From NCBI GenBank assembly GCA_040225955.1, contig JBECUL010000005.1:1-64000 (forward strand): 64,000 nt of DNA, given 5' to 3'. Origin of the DNA: Candidatus Asgardarchaeum abyssi (lineage in GTDB: Archaea; Asgardarchaeota; Asgardarchaeia; Asgardarchaeales; Asgardarchaeaceae). Position numbers and translations under genes: made by a program. Numbering within the stretch: position 1 is the first letter of the stretch; each line of letters starts with the position of its first letter. Of this stretch, positions 51,296 to 60,806 are shown piece after piece. A model generated the notes under the pieces. That model did not search any database. It saw only the letters and a program-made list of their open reading frames with translations, and had not been told where the DNA came from.

Positions 51296-52123
51296 ATGCC
51301 AAAAAGAGACCTAATCATAATACTAGCTTTCCTTATGCTCATGCTGACTGGAAATATGTATATAATTTATAATGAAATATCAACAACAAACAAAATAGTA
51401 GTCGAAAAAATGGTCACAAAGCAATCAGATAAATTAGATTTACTGATAAATGAAACTCAAGACAATATTTTAATTTTTCAAGGACCTAATTCTAAAATCA
51501 AGCCATTTGAAAATACAAATTTCACTTACCTAGAAGTTTACAAAAATAGAAATAATTACACAATAATAGATTTCTATATGAATTTCTCACTTCCCGAAAA
51601 TTGGAATAGGCTTATTGTATTCCTTAAACGATTCTATTATGCACCCTATGGAAACATAGACTCTTGGATAAATATGTCTGCGTACCTTATCTCAGAATCG
51701 CAGAATCTTAATTTAAGTTTAGATGTATTTTCAATTTTGGCTGAGAAGGTGCATATAGGCGTAGGCTTTCCTGTTGCACGTTGCGAGACAATAAATATAT
51801 CACTAGTCAATTATAATGGAAATTATAACATCACATGGTTTCTTCATAATAAGACACTATTACTAAAACCAGGAATTTACTCTTTACTTCAACGCATTAC
51901 TATTAAATACGTTAAGCCTATTTCTTTTGTAAATAAAAGCATCTTAGAGATTTCTCTTATTTCCTCAGTAACGATTTTTAAAAATGAATATATTCAGAAC
52001 CCAAGTAAAAGTGAAATTAAAAATGCAGCCCAGCTTCTGATTATAATTATTAATGGATTAACTATTATTATCACAAGTAAGTATTTTAAGTTGAGTAAGA
52101 AAGTAGCATCAGAAAGTAAGTGA
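51296..52123 (+). CDS. Exported glycoprotein with N- and C-terminal hydrophobic segments
   Basis: 275 aa with many NxS/T sequons. Confidence 0.65.
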   Translation: MPKRDLIIILAFLMLMLTGNMYIIYNEISTTNKIVVEKMVTKQSDKLDLLINETQDNILIFQGPNSKIKPFENTNFTYLEVYKNRNNYTIIDFYMNFSLPENWNRLIVFLKRFYYAPYGNIDSWINMSAYLISESQNLNLSLDVFSILAEKVHIGVGFPVARCETINISLVNYNGNYNITWFLHNKTLLLKPGIYSLLQRITIKYVKPISFVNKSILEISLISSVTIFKNEYIQNPSKSEIKNAAQLLIIIINGLTIIITSKYFKLSKKVASESK

Positions 52124-52227
52124 TATAATAAATACTATTTTTTGGTTATTGTACGCTACTTATCGCCATACTCTTTTTTAAATAACTAATTCTCAGATGT
52201 TATCTAAATATTAGTAAACCTTTTATA

Positions 52228-52250
52228 CTTGGTATTCATAATATACCAAG
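52228..52250. promoter_or_regulatory. Inverted-repeat operator of the vapBC promoter
   Basis: CTTGGTAT-N7-ATACCAAG between TTTTATA and the GGTGA RBS. Confidence 0.6.
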
Positions 52251-52258
52251 GTGATTTT

Positions 52259-52528
52259 ATGTCGACTACAATAAAGATAAAGAGGGAAACCTCATTACGT
52301 CTTACCAAGGTTTTAGGTGAACTTATTGCTGAGAAGGGAAAACGAATGTCATATGACGACTTAATAAACTACCTTCTGGATATCTTTAATGAGTTCAAGA
52401 AGAAGGAAAAAACCAAAAGTAAATTAGACGAGGGTACTAAACGGCTTCTTGAGAAAATTAAAATGTCCTTTGATATTGCTGGACCAGAAGACTATTCGGA
52501 GTATGACTATGAAGACCTTGGTGGGTAG
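52259..52528 (+). CDS. vapB: RHH-like antitoxin
   Basis: MSTTIKIKRET...MSYDDLINYLL with an acidic tail. Confidence 0.75.
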   Translation: MSTTIKIKRETSLRLTKVLGELIAEKGKRMSYDDLINYLLDIFNEFKKKEKTKSKLDEGTKRLLEKIKMSFDIAGPEDYSEYDYEDLGG

Positions 52529-52532
52529 AGAG

Positions 52533-53021
52533 ATGAACATTATGATAGATACAGAAATTTGGAGTTATGCTTTCAAAAAGCCTCAGAAAGAAAAATTTTC
52601 GACATATGATTTATTTCTGAAAGCCATGGAAATGCACAAGAAAGCAAAAGAATTAATATCAAATAGTTTGGTAAATCCACAAATTAAAATATACGTAAGT
52701 ACGCATCAATTAGCTGAAATTTTTCATGTGTTAGGATTTAGAGGGCATCAACTACCATTAAATTTTGTTACAAGTCTCTTAGCAGATATTATCGTTTCAG
52801 AAAAGATAGTAAAAGTTCCTGTTAGAATAGAACATGTTGTGTCGGCCATAGATTTAAGTTTTAAGACAAAAATTCACATATGGGACTTTCTATGTTTTCT
52901 TCCAATAAAGGATTTTATAAGTAAGATTTTTACTAATGATGAACATTTTAAACACAACATCTTTAGTGATAATGGAAGAATAGAGGTTATAAATCCTTTC
53001 AAAGATTGGATAAAAATATAA
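52533..53021 (+). CDS. vapC: PIN-domain toxin
   Basis: IMIDT, QLAE, IHIWD, TNDEHF, INPF. Confidence 0.8.
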   Translation: MNIMIDTEIWSYAFKKPQKEKFSTYDLFLKAMEMHKKAKELISNSLVNPQIKIYVSTHQLAEIFHVLGFRGHQLPLNFVTSLLADIIVSEKIVKVPVRIEHVVSAIDLSFKTKIHIWDFLCFLPIKDFISKIFTNDEHFKHNIFSDNGRIEVINPFKDWIKI

Positions 53022-53041
53022 TTTAGCCAGTGTGAGTCTAT

Positions 53042-53878
53042 ATGGATAGAAAATGTATTTGGTGCGGAAATGAGTCAACCAAGCTTTATAAGCTCATAGC
53101 TAGCGAAATTATAACGAGTCAGCAATCGAATCAAAAATCATTTTTAGACGATGTTAAAAAAGCGGAGGTTATAGTTTGTGAGAGCTGCTTGCCAGAGGTC
53201 TTTATAGCCATAAAACGTTCTGACTCGAAAGTTGTTCAAAGAATAAGTCATGCAGCTAATTGGTACATGGACTCATTTTTCCTTAGGATTAATTATTTAT
53301 TTCTTAAATTGTTGGCCCTGTTTGTTATACTTCCAATCGTAATTTTAGATCTTATATTTTCAGCAATATTGAAGATTAATATTCCTATCTTCGAACAGAT
53401 CGCAATAGGTTTGACTATTCTTATAGGTTATTATTCTATTTTTTTAATTGTCTTTCCCGTACTATTCCTCGCTATGGCAATTTGCTTAGCAGGTATATAC
53501 GAAAGCGATGCGCTTGCTCTCAAAGAAAAACTTAAGAAGCCTAGCTTTCCTAGAAAAGTAAAAGTAGTAATCTCAATATTATGCCTTCTTTTCTTCTTTT
53601 TCATGATTACAATGACCATATCATTAGTACTGTTTCTCACACCATATATTACTGGTAATTTAGAAAGCACATATCTAATCATATCATTTGATTTGTATCC
53701 CCCATTTATTGAGGTGGCGATAGACTCCATTGTCTTATACAGATTAGAGTATAACCACTTTTTCATATTCTCTCTTTTAATTGTAGCACACACGATACTT
53801 AGCAAAAGAAAGAGAAATGAGCTAAGAAAAGAATTACTCACTAAATTGAATATTTGCGGAGTTTATGAGGTAAAATGA
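53042..53878 (+). CDS. Membrane protein with N-terminal CxxC...CxxC zinc-ribbon-like domain
   Basis: CIWC and CESC followed by about four to five TM segments. Confidence 0.65.
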   Translation: MDRKCIWCGNESTKLYKLIASEIITSQQSNQKSFLDDVKKAEVIVCESCLPEVFIAIKRSDSKVVQRISHAANWYMDSFFLRINYLFLKLLALFVILPIVILDLIFSAILKINIPIFEQIAIGLTILIGYYSIFLIVFPVLFLAMAICLAGIYESDALALKEKLKKPSFPRKVKVVISILCLLFFFFMITMTISLVLFLTPYITGNLESTYLIISFDLYPPFIEVAIDSIVLYRLEYNHFFIFSLLIVAHTILSKRKRNELRKELLTKLNICGVYEVK

Positions 53879-53984
53879 CTAATTCCTTATAAAATTGACT
53901 AATTTTGCAAAAGCTTTTAGAAGACTTTACCGTTGAAAAAATTCTATGATATCTTTAAGGCCGGCCATTTTCGAAAGATTAATT

Positions 53985-54034
53985 AGTAAAATATACTTTA
54001 CTTTTTTTCAAATAATATGTAAAATTGATTTTAC
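53985..54034. promoter_or_regulatory. Two palindromic sites upstream of the AAA ATPase
   Basis: AGTAAAATATACTTTACT (53985-54002) and GTAAAATTGATTTTAC (54019-54034). Confidence 0.55.
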
Positions 54035-54048
54035 TAGATGTGAGATTC

Positions 54049-55338
54049 ATGAAAGAGATACTAATTAGTTGGAATCCTTGGTGGTACAATAATAGATGGA
54101 TTCAAAAGTGGGTACCAAGGACAAATTATGTGGAGAAGTGCACTAGATTTCTAAAGAAAAAAATAATCGTTCTTTATGGTGTAAGACGTTCAGGAAAAAC
54201 TGTCATCATGTTCCAAATAATAAAAAAACTGATAGAGAATGGTTCAAACCCAAAAAATATTCTATACTTAAATTTTGATGATGAAAGGCTACCTAGAGAT
54301 TTGGAGGGTCTTGACAAAATATATAACGAATATTTAGAATTAACTGGAAGCAAAGAGCCTATTTTCGTTTTTCTTGATGAAGTTCAACGTGTTGCTGGTT
54401 GGAGTAGTTGGATCAGACGATTTCATGATATGAAACTACCTGTTTATTTTGTTGTGAGTGGATCATCCTCTAGTGTATTAACACCAGAAATAGCTCAAGT
54501 GTTAACAGGTAGGCGATTTGACTTAATTGTTTGGCCATTTTCTTTCGAAGAATACTTGATTGCTCAGGGTATTCATGTAGGAAATGACGATCCTTACATT
54601 AAGTTTGGTGCCGAGCCAGGACGTATAAATCACTACTTGATGCAGTACATGAAAATAGGTGGCTTTCCAGAGGTTGTTACAGAAAGCATTGAGATGATGA
54701 GGCTACAGTATCTTCACTCATATTTCCTTGATATAATATATAGGGACATTGTTGGGAGATACAATAATGTTAATATCTCAAAACTCAGAGATACTGCATT
54801 ATTCATAATTGAAAATATTTCAAATCCTATCAACATTTCCAAACTTGCAAAATATATAGACATATCAAAGCCAACGTTGTATCAATATTTATCTTATCTT
54901 GAAGAGGTTTTCCTGCTTTTTTATGTTGAATATTTTTCTTACGGTGCAAAAAAGAGACTGCTAAAGCCAAAAAAGGTTTATATTGTTGATGTGGGATTGC
55001 ATAATGCACTTTCAAAAGCATCTACCTTAAGTTATGGTCGTATAGCAGAAAATCTTGTATTTTTGCATCTCAAACGATTTACCGATCGAATATATTACTG
55101 GCAGGATGAAAAAGGTCGTGAAATAGATTTTATTGCAAGTATTAACGGAAACCTCTATGCAATCGAATCTAAATTTGATGACGTTAAGAAAAGTGATGTG
55201 CTAACGACGTTTGCAAAAACCTACAATGCAATACCTATATTAATAACTAAAAGTACTATTGGCAATGGCAGAGTACCACTCTGGCTATTCTTATTAACTA
55301 AACCAGAGATGTGGAAGAAATATGCTTCATTCTCATAG
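54049..55338 (+). CDS. AAA_14 ATPase with DUF4143 domain
   Basis: NPWW, GVRRSGKT, LDEVQ, SGSS, LTGR, GGFPE, KVYIVDVG, ENLV, EIDF. Confidence 0.92.
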   Translation: MKEILISWNPWWYNNRWIQKWVPRTNYVEKCTRFLKKKIIVLYGVRRSGKTVIMFQIIKKLIENGSNPKNILYLNFDDERLPRDLEGLDKIYNEYLELTGSKEPIFVFLDEVQRVAGWSSWIRRFHDMKLPVYFVVSGSSSSVLTPEIAQVLTGRRFDLIVWPFSFEEYLIAQGIHVGNDDPYIKFGAEPGRINHYLMQYMKIGGFPEVVTESIEMMRLQYLHSYFLDIIYRDIVGRYNNVNISKLRDTALFIIENISNPINISKLAKYIDISKPTLYQYLSYLEEVFLLFYVEYFSYGAKKRLLKPKKVYIVDVGLHNALSKASTLSYGRIAENLVFLHLKRFTDRIYYWQDEKGREIDFIASINGNLYAIESKFDDVKKSDVLTTFAKTYNAIPILITKSTIGNGRVPLWLFLLTKPEMWKKYASFS

Positions 55339-55439
55339 CAGCTCTCTATAGTTTCTACTTTATTAAGAAAAAAAGAAAAAATATTATTCAATAATGCAAA
55401 ACAAACATTGATCAACTTAATAGTTTAGCATGGGCTTTT

Positions 55440-56864
55440 CTAACGCTTTTTCTTTATCAAGACAAAGACAGCGATGCTTATGGAAACTATACTGACCAAT
55501 ATGCAAAGTATATCAACAAGGTTAAAATGAAATTGTAACGGCTCAGATTCTGTCGGAACACTTTCTCTGTAATCCCCAATATTATTCTTATTATTATCAG
55601 TAGCATATACTATAATGAACCCAAAGTAGATACTAGCTGCAGATGGCATAAGATCCCTAGACGTCCCTGTTATAAAAACAATACCGTTTCCGCTATCAAC
55701 ACTAATGGCAGTAGCTACATCATCTGTTATCTCTAGTCCGTCGGATAATTTATCTACGACATCACTTTTTATTACTTGCCAGCTGTTTGTGTCGTACGAG
55801 ATAAAGATAACATCACGTGTTAATTCAATATTAGAGGTCTCTGCCTCATTAGGATCTATAACATATCCTGTTATATATGCAATTCCATAATTATCAAACG
55901 TCACGCTAGTTGCGACCTCTTCAGTATTATTACCATATTCCCATTCTAAGTGAGTTATAGTATTTCCAGTTTCATCCAAGGCCCATATGCTAACATTTGC
56001 ATCTTCTCCATCAGTTCTTTCAGAACCAACAACAAGGGATATACCGTCATAAACGGCTATGTCATTCATTAAAATATCCTCATTAAACTTGTAGAGTGTT
56101 CTATTGAATACAATAGCTCCAGTTTTGCTATCAACTTTAATCACAAAAGAAGAACCGTGTATATCATAGATTCCAACGATATATACATTTCCAGCATTGT
56201 CCACATCCATGGCTTTCAAAATGGAGTACTCAGAAATTGTAAAATTAAATACCTTGCTAAGGACTATCGTTTCAACAGGTAGCTGTGGAGCTATTTCGTA
56301 TTTCAGAATAAATGCTTCAGTTCTATTTTCATAATTAGCAGTGCCTAGAATAAATACATTTTCAACATTTGAAGCTATATCAATAACAGTCTCATTAACC
56401 TTTTCACTGCCCCAAGTAACTCTCCACTCTGGAAAAAGATCTGGATCGAAGCTCTGAATAAAAACATCGGTGTTATTATTCCTTATATATCCCCCTGCGA
56501 CAATTGCGAAACCTCTATCACCTAAAGTATCAATAGCCTCGGGGGCAAGTTTAATTTCCTCAGCTCTATTCCATCGAATAAACTCATACGTAATATCTTG
56601 ATAGGCATTATATGAGTAACAATAAACTGCGGAACTTCTAGCTCCAACAATAACCACTGTAGCATTTCCATTATACGATTTGAAGGTCGTCGCATCCATG
56701 AATTTCGTATTATAATACGAATGCCTTACAATATGTATTTTATCGCATATCAAATTTAGATTATTCTCTTGTGCTACAGAAGAGCAATTGAAAATAACCT
56801 CTAGAGCTAATGGTGTCGTCAAGAACAAGATTAATAGTATAGGAAATATCTTTTTTTTATCCAT
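55440..56864 (-). CDS. Secreted beta-propeller (SBBP-like) surface protein with TM anchor
   Basis: Repeated DxxGNVYIVG / DNYGIAYITG / DSGNGIVFITG blades, signal peptide, C-terminal TM plus KKKR. Confidence 0.75.
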   Translation of the reverse strand: MDKKKIFPILLILFLTTPLALEVIFNCSSVAQENNLNLICDKIHIVRHSYYNTKFMDATTFKSYNGNATVVIVGARSSAVYCYSYNAYQDITYEFIRWNRAEEIKLAPEAIDTLGDRGFAIVAGGYIRNNNTDVFIQSFDPDLFPEWRVTWGSEKVNETVIDIASNVENVFILGTANYENRTEAFILKYEIAPQLPVETIVLSKVFNFTISEYSILKAMDVDNAGNVYIVGIYDIHGSSFVIKVDSKTGAIVFNRTLYKFNEDILMNDIAVYDGISLVVGSERTDGEDANVSIWALDETGNTITHLEWEYGNNTEEVATSVTFDNYGIAYITGYVIDPNEAETSNIELTRDVIFISYDTNSWQVIKSDVVDKLSDGLEITDDVATAISVDSGNGIVFITGTSRDLMPSAASIYFGFIIVYATDNNKNNIGDYRESVPTESEPLQFHFNLVDILCILVSIVSISIAVFVLIKKKR

Positions 56865-56993
56865 ATCATTCCCCCGAGTACACTATATGTGTATAAAAAT
56901 ACCACCAGATAGTATATAAAAGATTTATGATATCTGAAGAGGAGAACTAATGTCCTTTATACGATAATGTAGCAGTTTCTGTTTTCTAAATAA

Positions 56994-57677
56994 TCAAAGA
57001 TACTCAATACCTACAATTTTACCATCTCTAATTTTTATTATTCTATCCGCAACGGATGTCATTTCAGGGTCATGTGTACTAACTATAAATGTAACACCCA
57101 ATTCTTCATTTAACTCCTTCATAAGTTTAATTATTTTCTTTCCAGTCTCTGTATCTAAGTGAGCTGTAGGTTCATCAGCTAGTACAACTTTAGGATCACC
57201 TATCAATGCTCTAGCAATGGCAACTCTTTGTTGTTCACCTACACTTAGTTGTGCAGGCTTATGAGTCACTCGTTCACTAAGACCCACTCTTTCAAGGAGT
57301 TTAAGTGCTTTCTTTTCGAGGACAGAGAAATCAACATTTAAAGGATAAAGAGGAAGAAGAACATTATCAAGGGCATTAAGAAACTCTATCAAATTAATTT
57401 TCTGAAAAACAAATCCAATGTTCTTTTGACGCCATTCAGCTGCTTCATCCTCTGAAAATCTTGTGATATCTTGGCCATCATATATAATACGCCCCTCAGA
57501 AGGCTTGATAAGTGCCCCTAATAGCATCAATAATGTTGTCTTACCACTTCCAGAGGGACCAAAAAGTATTATAAACTCGCTTTTTTCGACTTCAAAACTT
57601 ACTTCTCTGACCGCGTATATTTCTTTCTCGCCCATCCTGTATATTTTGGTTACTTTCTCTACCGTAATCTGCTTCAC
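56994..57677 (-). CDS. LolD/MacB-type ABC ATPase
   Basis: GPSGSGKT, GFVFQ, LSVGEQQRVAIARAL, ADEPT. Confidence 0.93.
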   Translation of the reverse strand: MKQITVEKVTKIYRMGEKEIYAVREVSFEVEKSEFIILFGPSGSGKTTLLMLLGALIKPSEGRIIYDGQDITRFSEDEAAEWRQKNIGFVFQKINLIEFLNALDNVLLPLYPLNVDFSVLEKKALKLLERVGLSERVTHKPAQLSVGEQQRVAIARALIGDPKVVLADEPTAHLDTETGKKIIKLMKELNEELGVTFIVSTHDPEMTSVADRIIKIRDGKIVGIEYL

Positions 57678-58660
57678 TCAAACAGAACCTCCGTAGCCTT
57701 TTTAATTACAAAAATATATGAAAAAACACTTACAAATAACGCTCCTAAAAAAATATTAAGAGCTGGCAATGCAATTACATAGTTAATGAAAAAGTATAAC
57801 CTTAACTGATTTAGTACGATCATTAATAATAATAAACTCATAATACAGCTAAGAAAGGAAATTATGAAATATTCTACATAAATTCTTGCAAAGACATTTC
57901 TTATTCTCCATCCTAATGCAAAGAGAACCGCACAGTCTTTTCGTACACTCATAACATATAAGAATGCCATGCCTATATATCCGATGATAGAAGTAATGAT
58001 GATCTGAATAGCATTAAATCGTTTCATCTCGAAAAATGTTAAGGGATATACAGTAATCCCCTTACCCAATTCTTCTCTAAATTTCTCTATTACACTTTTC
58101 ATGTCACTCAGGGCATAAATACAGGCTACTGCGATATGAATACTCGGTGGAATAGCTTTGGAGAACTTAATAATGGTAACAAAATTTGACAAATCACCAA
58201 CAATGTTTATTAAGTCACTTAATTGTATGATACCAACAATTTTGTACATTGTGTTATTAAATGAAATTTCATCACCAACGAAAACTTCATTTTTTTGGCT
58301 GTAGATTCCAATAACTTCGTTTTGAGCATCAGGTAGACGGCCTTTAAGTATATACTTAGATGCGAATATACCAAAATTCTCAGTAGCTTCTATGAGCATT
58401 GTTTTATTCAAATAAATATAACGCAATGCTGATACAAACAGAACATTATCAATCTTAGATAAATTGTTAATTTTATCAGGGTCCATTTCAGCACTTATAG
58501 ATCGAGCAACAATATACGTTTCATTTTGTAATGATTCGTATATAAAAAGAGGATAAAAAAGTAGCAACATAAACATTAATAATAAGAGTATTGTCCCATA
58601 TTTCTTCATTCGCATCCTATTACATATATATTTGTAATAAGTATACTTAAAATGTTGCAT
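57674..58660 (-). CDS. Divergent FtsX-type ABC permease
   Basis: One N-terminal TM, extracellular domain (GRLP), DCAVLFALGW, three C-terminal TM. Confidence 0.75.
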   Translation of the reverse strand: MQHFKYTYYKYICNRMRMKKYGTILLLLMFMLLLFYPLFIYESLQNETYIVARSISAEMDPDKINNLSKIDNVLFVSALRYIYLNKTMLIEATENFGIFASKYILKGRLPDAQNEVIGIYSQKNEVFVGDEISFNNTMYKIVGIIQLSDLINIVGDLSNFVTIIKFSKAIPPSIHIAVACIYALSDMKSVIEKFREELGKGITVYPLTFFEMKRFNAIQIIITSIIGYIGMAFLYVMSVRKDCAVLFALGWRIRNVFARIYVEYFIISFLSCIMSLLLLMIVLNQLRLYFFINYVIALPALNIFLGALFVSVFSYIFVIKKATEVLFE

Positions 58661-58673
58661 GTTTCATGGCACC

Positions 58674-59861
58674 TTACCAAGAACGTAATACCTCTGTACT
58701 CATGTTATATGCTTTATATACAGCGGGTAATGCAAAAATCACCGTAAGAATAGACATCATGATTATTTGTATAGGGAAATATCCTAGAAACAAAATCAAT
58801 ACATACGTATTAGCAAAAAGAATAAATGGAATCGGAATTATTGATAGAATCATGCCAATGGCTCCTGCTAGAGCGCCTGAAAAGCCATATTTAAGAAGAA
58901 GATATTTTGCAACATCTCTTCTTTTCCAACCTAGAGCTTTAAGTAGAGCTATCTTGTATGCGTTATGGTTTATATCCCAGAAGATCGTCAAACCAAATAA
59001 CACTAAGGGAACCAAACCAAACATGAAAAACATCTGTAGGTATTGCATAAGTATAAAGGATTTATAATCTTTATACGTTTTTACTTCAATCTGAGTAAAT
59101 CTCATACGAATTCGCTTAGCAACATCCTCGACATCAAATCCCTCTTTAACTTTAACATATATTGTGGAAGAAGCTGACGCAATGCCACTTGTTAAATTAT
59201 ATGTTTTTTGTACAAGAGCCATATATGTATCTAATGGAACCCATGCATAGAAAGTGTTTCCTAACTGAAGATAATAGTCCTCAACATTAACTGTTCTGGG
59301 ATCTGCAATAACGCCCACCAAAGTTAAATTAAAATCAAGAATTTGCAAAGTAGTTTTATTTTTACCCATGCCATGATACATATTAAGTTTCTCTAGAAGT
59401 CTCTTAGCCATGTTCTCTACGATTATTGAACTCTCATTATTAGAGTCGAAAAGTCTTCCTTCAATTAGATATTTTTGATTTGGAAACGTTAAATCATCTA
59501 CATTGCACCACATAATAAATAGGTAATAACTTTCATCGTTATAGCTAAACATGTTACTTACAAGAATGCCGCCACCTGGATATACTGACCACTTAACTCC
59601 TTCTATCTCATTAACGTGTTCAGCAACATAATCTAAATAGGAGTAATTGGTGAGTGTTTCTGACGGCAATATCTCAATCTCAGCTGGCCACATTCTTTCC
59701 TCATGATAGTCATTAACAAAAGAATACACCACCTGAGAAGAAAAGAAGGCAAGCACATGATATGATGATATGGATAACAGTATAAAAACTACAATTGTCG
59801 TCTTCCTTTTCATTTCCTTCATTATTATTCTGGTAAATACTCTCTTCAGATTCATTTCCAT
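58674..59861 (-). CDS. FtsX/MacB-type ABC permease
   Basis: EGRLF, IYVKV, KIALLKALGW, PAVYKA...EVLR. Confidence 0.82.
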   Translation of the reverse strand: MEMNLKRVFTRIIMKEMKRKTTIVVFILLSISSYHVLAFFSSQVVYSFVNDYHEERMWPAEIEILPSETLTNYSYLDYVAEHVNEIEGVKWSVYPGGGILVSNMFSYNDESYYLFIMWCNVDDLTFPNQKYLIEGRLFDSNNESSIIVENMAKRLLEKLNMYHGMGKNKTTLQILDFNLTLVGVIADPRTVNVEDYYLQLGNTFYAWVPLDTYMALVQKTYNLTSGIASASSTIYVKVKEGFDVEDVAKRIRMRFTQIEVKTYKDYKSFILMQYLQMFFMFGLVPLVLFGLTIFWDINHNAYKIALLKALGWKRRDVAKYLLLKYGFSGALAGAIGMILSIIPIPFILFANTYVLILFLGYFPIQIIMMSILTVIFALPAVYKAYNMSTEVLRSW

Positions 59862-59972
59862 CCCGCAACCCCTAATTTATTAACATGAATTAATAAGCGT
59901 TAACTGGTTATTTGTTTAAGAAAAAATGAAATAAAAATATTTAGTTTTAAAGCACTTATTACTTAACTTGTT

Positions 59973-60464
59973 CTATGGTTCAGCATCAAGGTATACTACA
60001 GCAGTACGTGACCAAGGACCAGTCCATGGGCTCCAGTCGTCAAAAATTCCTGTACAAATGCCATGTAATTTTAGTATATATAATACTGGTCTACTAATGG
60101 TAAAATCTTTTTCACCATTATAACTATTTTCCCAAATTGTAATCCATATAGGTGGATATCTACCTCTGTATTTTAGACCTTCTAATTTTGCATACGTCTC
60201 CACAACATATATGCCCCATGAAAGTGACTTTGTTTTAAATGATATCCAGACATTGTCATATAACCAAATACCCCAATAGTTTACAGAATGTCCTCCTACA
60301 CGAACGGCAGCATAGTGGGTTCCTCCATCGTTATAAACCCATGGAGATGCTAAGTCGGCCTCATCAGATCCTGTTACTAATGTTATAGGCGCATATATAG
60401 TAAGTAAGGTCAATACTATAATGGTTCCAATTATTACGGATTTATATTTGTTCATATTTACCAC
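59973..60464 (-). CDS. Small secreted Trp-rich protein
   Basis: Signal peptide, ten Trp in the ~130-aa mature part, AGGTGG RBS. Confidence 0.75.
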   Translation of the reverse strand: MVNMNKYKSVIIGTIIVLTLLTIYAPITLVTGSDEADLASPWVYNDGGTHYAAVRVGGHSVNYWGIWLYDNVWISFKTKSLSWGIYVVETYAKLEGLKYRGRYPPIWITIWENSYNGEKDFTISRPVLYILKLHGICTGIFDDWSPWTGPWSRTAVVYLDAEP

Positions 60465-60806
60465 CTAAGATAATTATAAACATATAGTATTATTTTTAAG
60501 CAAAACAAAAACAGAATCAAATAATCTTTTTTTAAAAAATCAAAAATAAAAATCCTTAATACTTTTAAATGAATATAACTATCTGCTTTTATTGTAAAAA
60601 AAGCCTTTTTTATTTTATAAATTGGTATTTATTTTCAGTTACCTTTTTAAAAAGTAAAAATTTTCAATTATAATATTTTACTTTTTTCAAAAAAAAGAGT
60701 AGTAATATTAAAATGAGCAACAGGTCAAATACAAAGCATATTTTATTTAATCAATCAACTACTTTTATAAAAACAAAAATATTGGCAAAGAGCCATACAA
60801 AGTTTC

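Noticed and set aside
58660-58667. Frameshifted start of the permease at ATG 58667
   Set aside because: The in-frame ATG at 58660 has the better RBS spacing, so no frameshift is needed.
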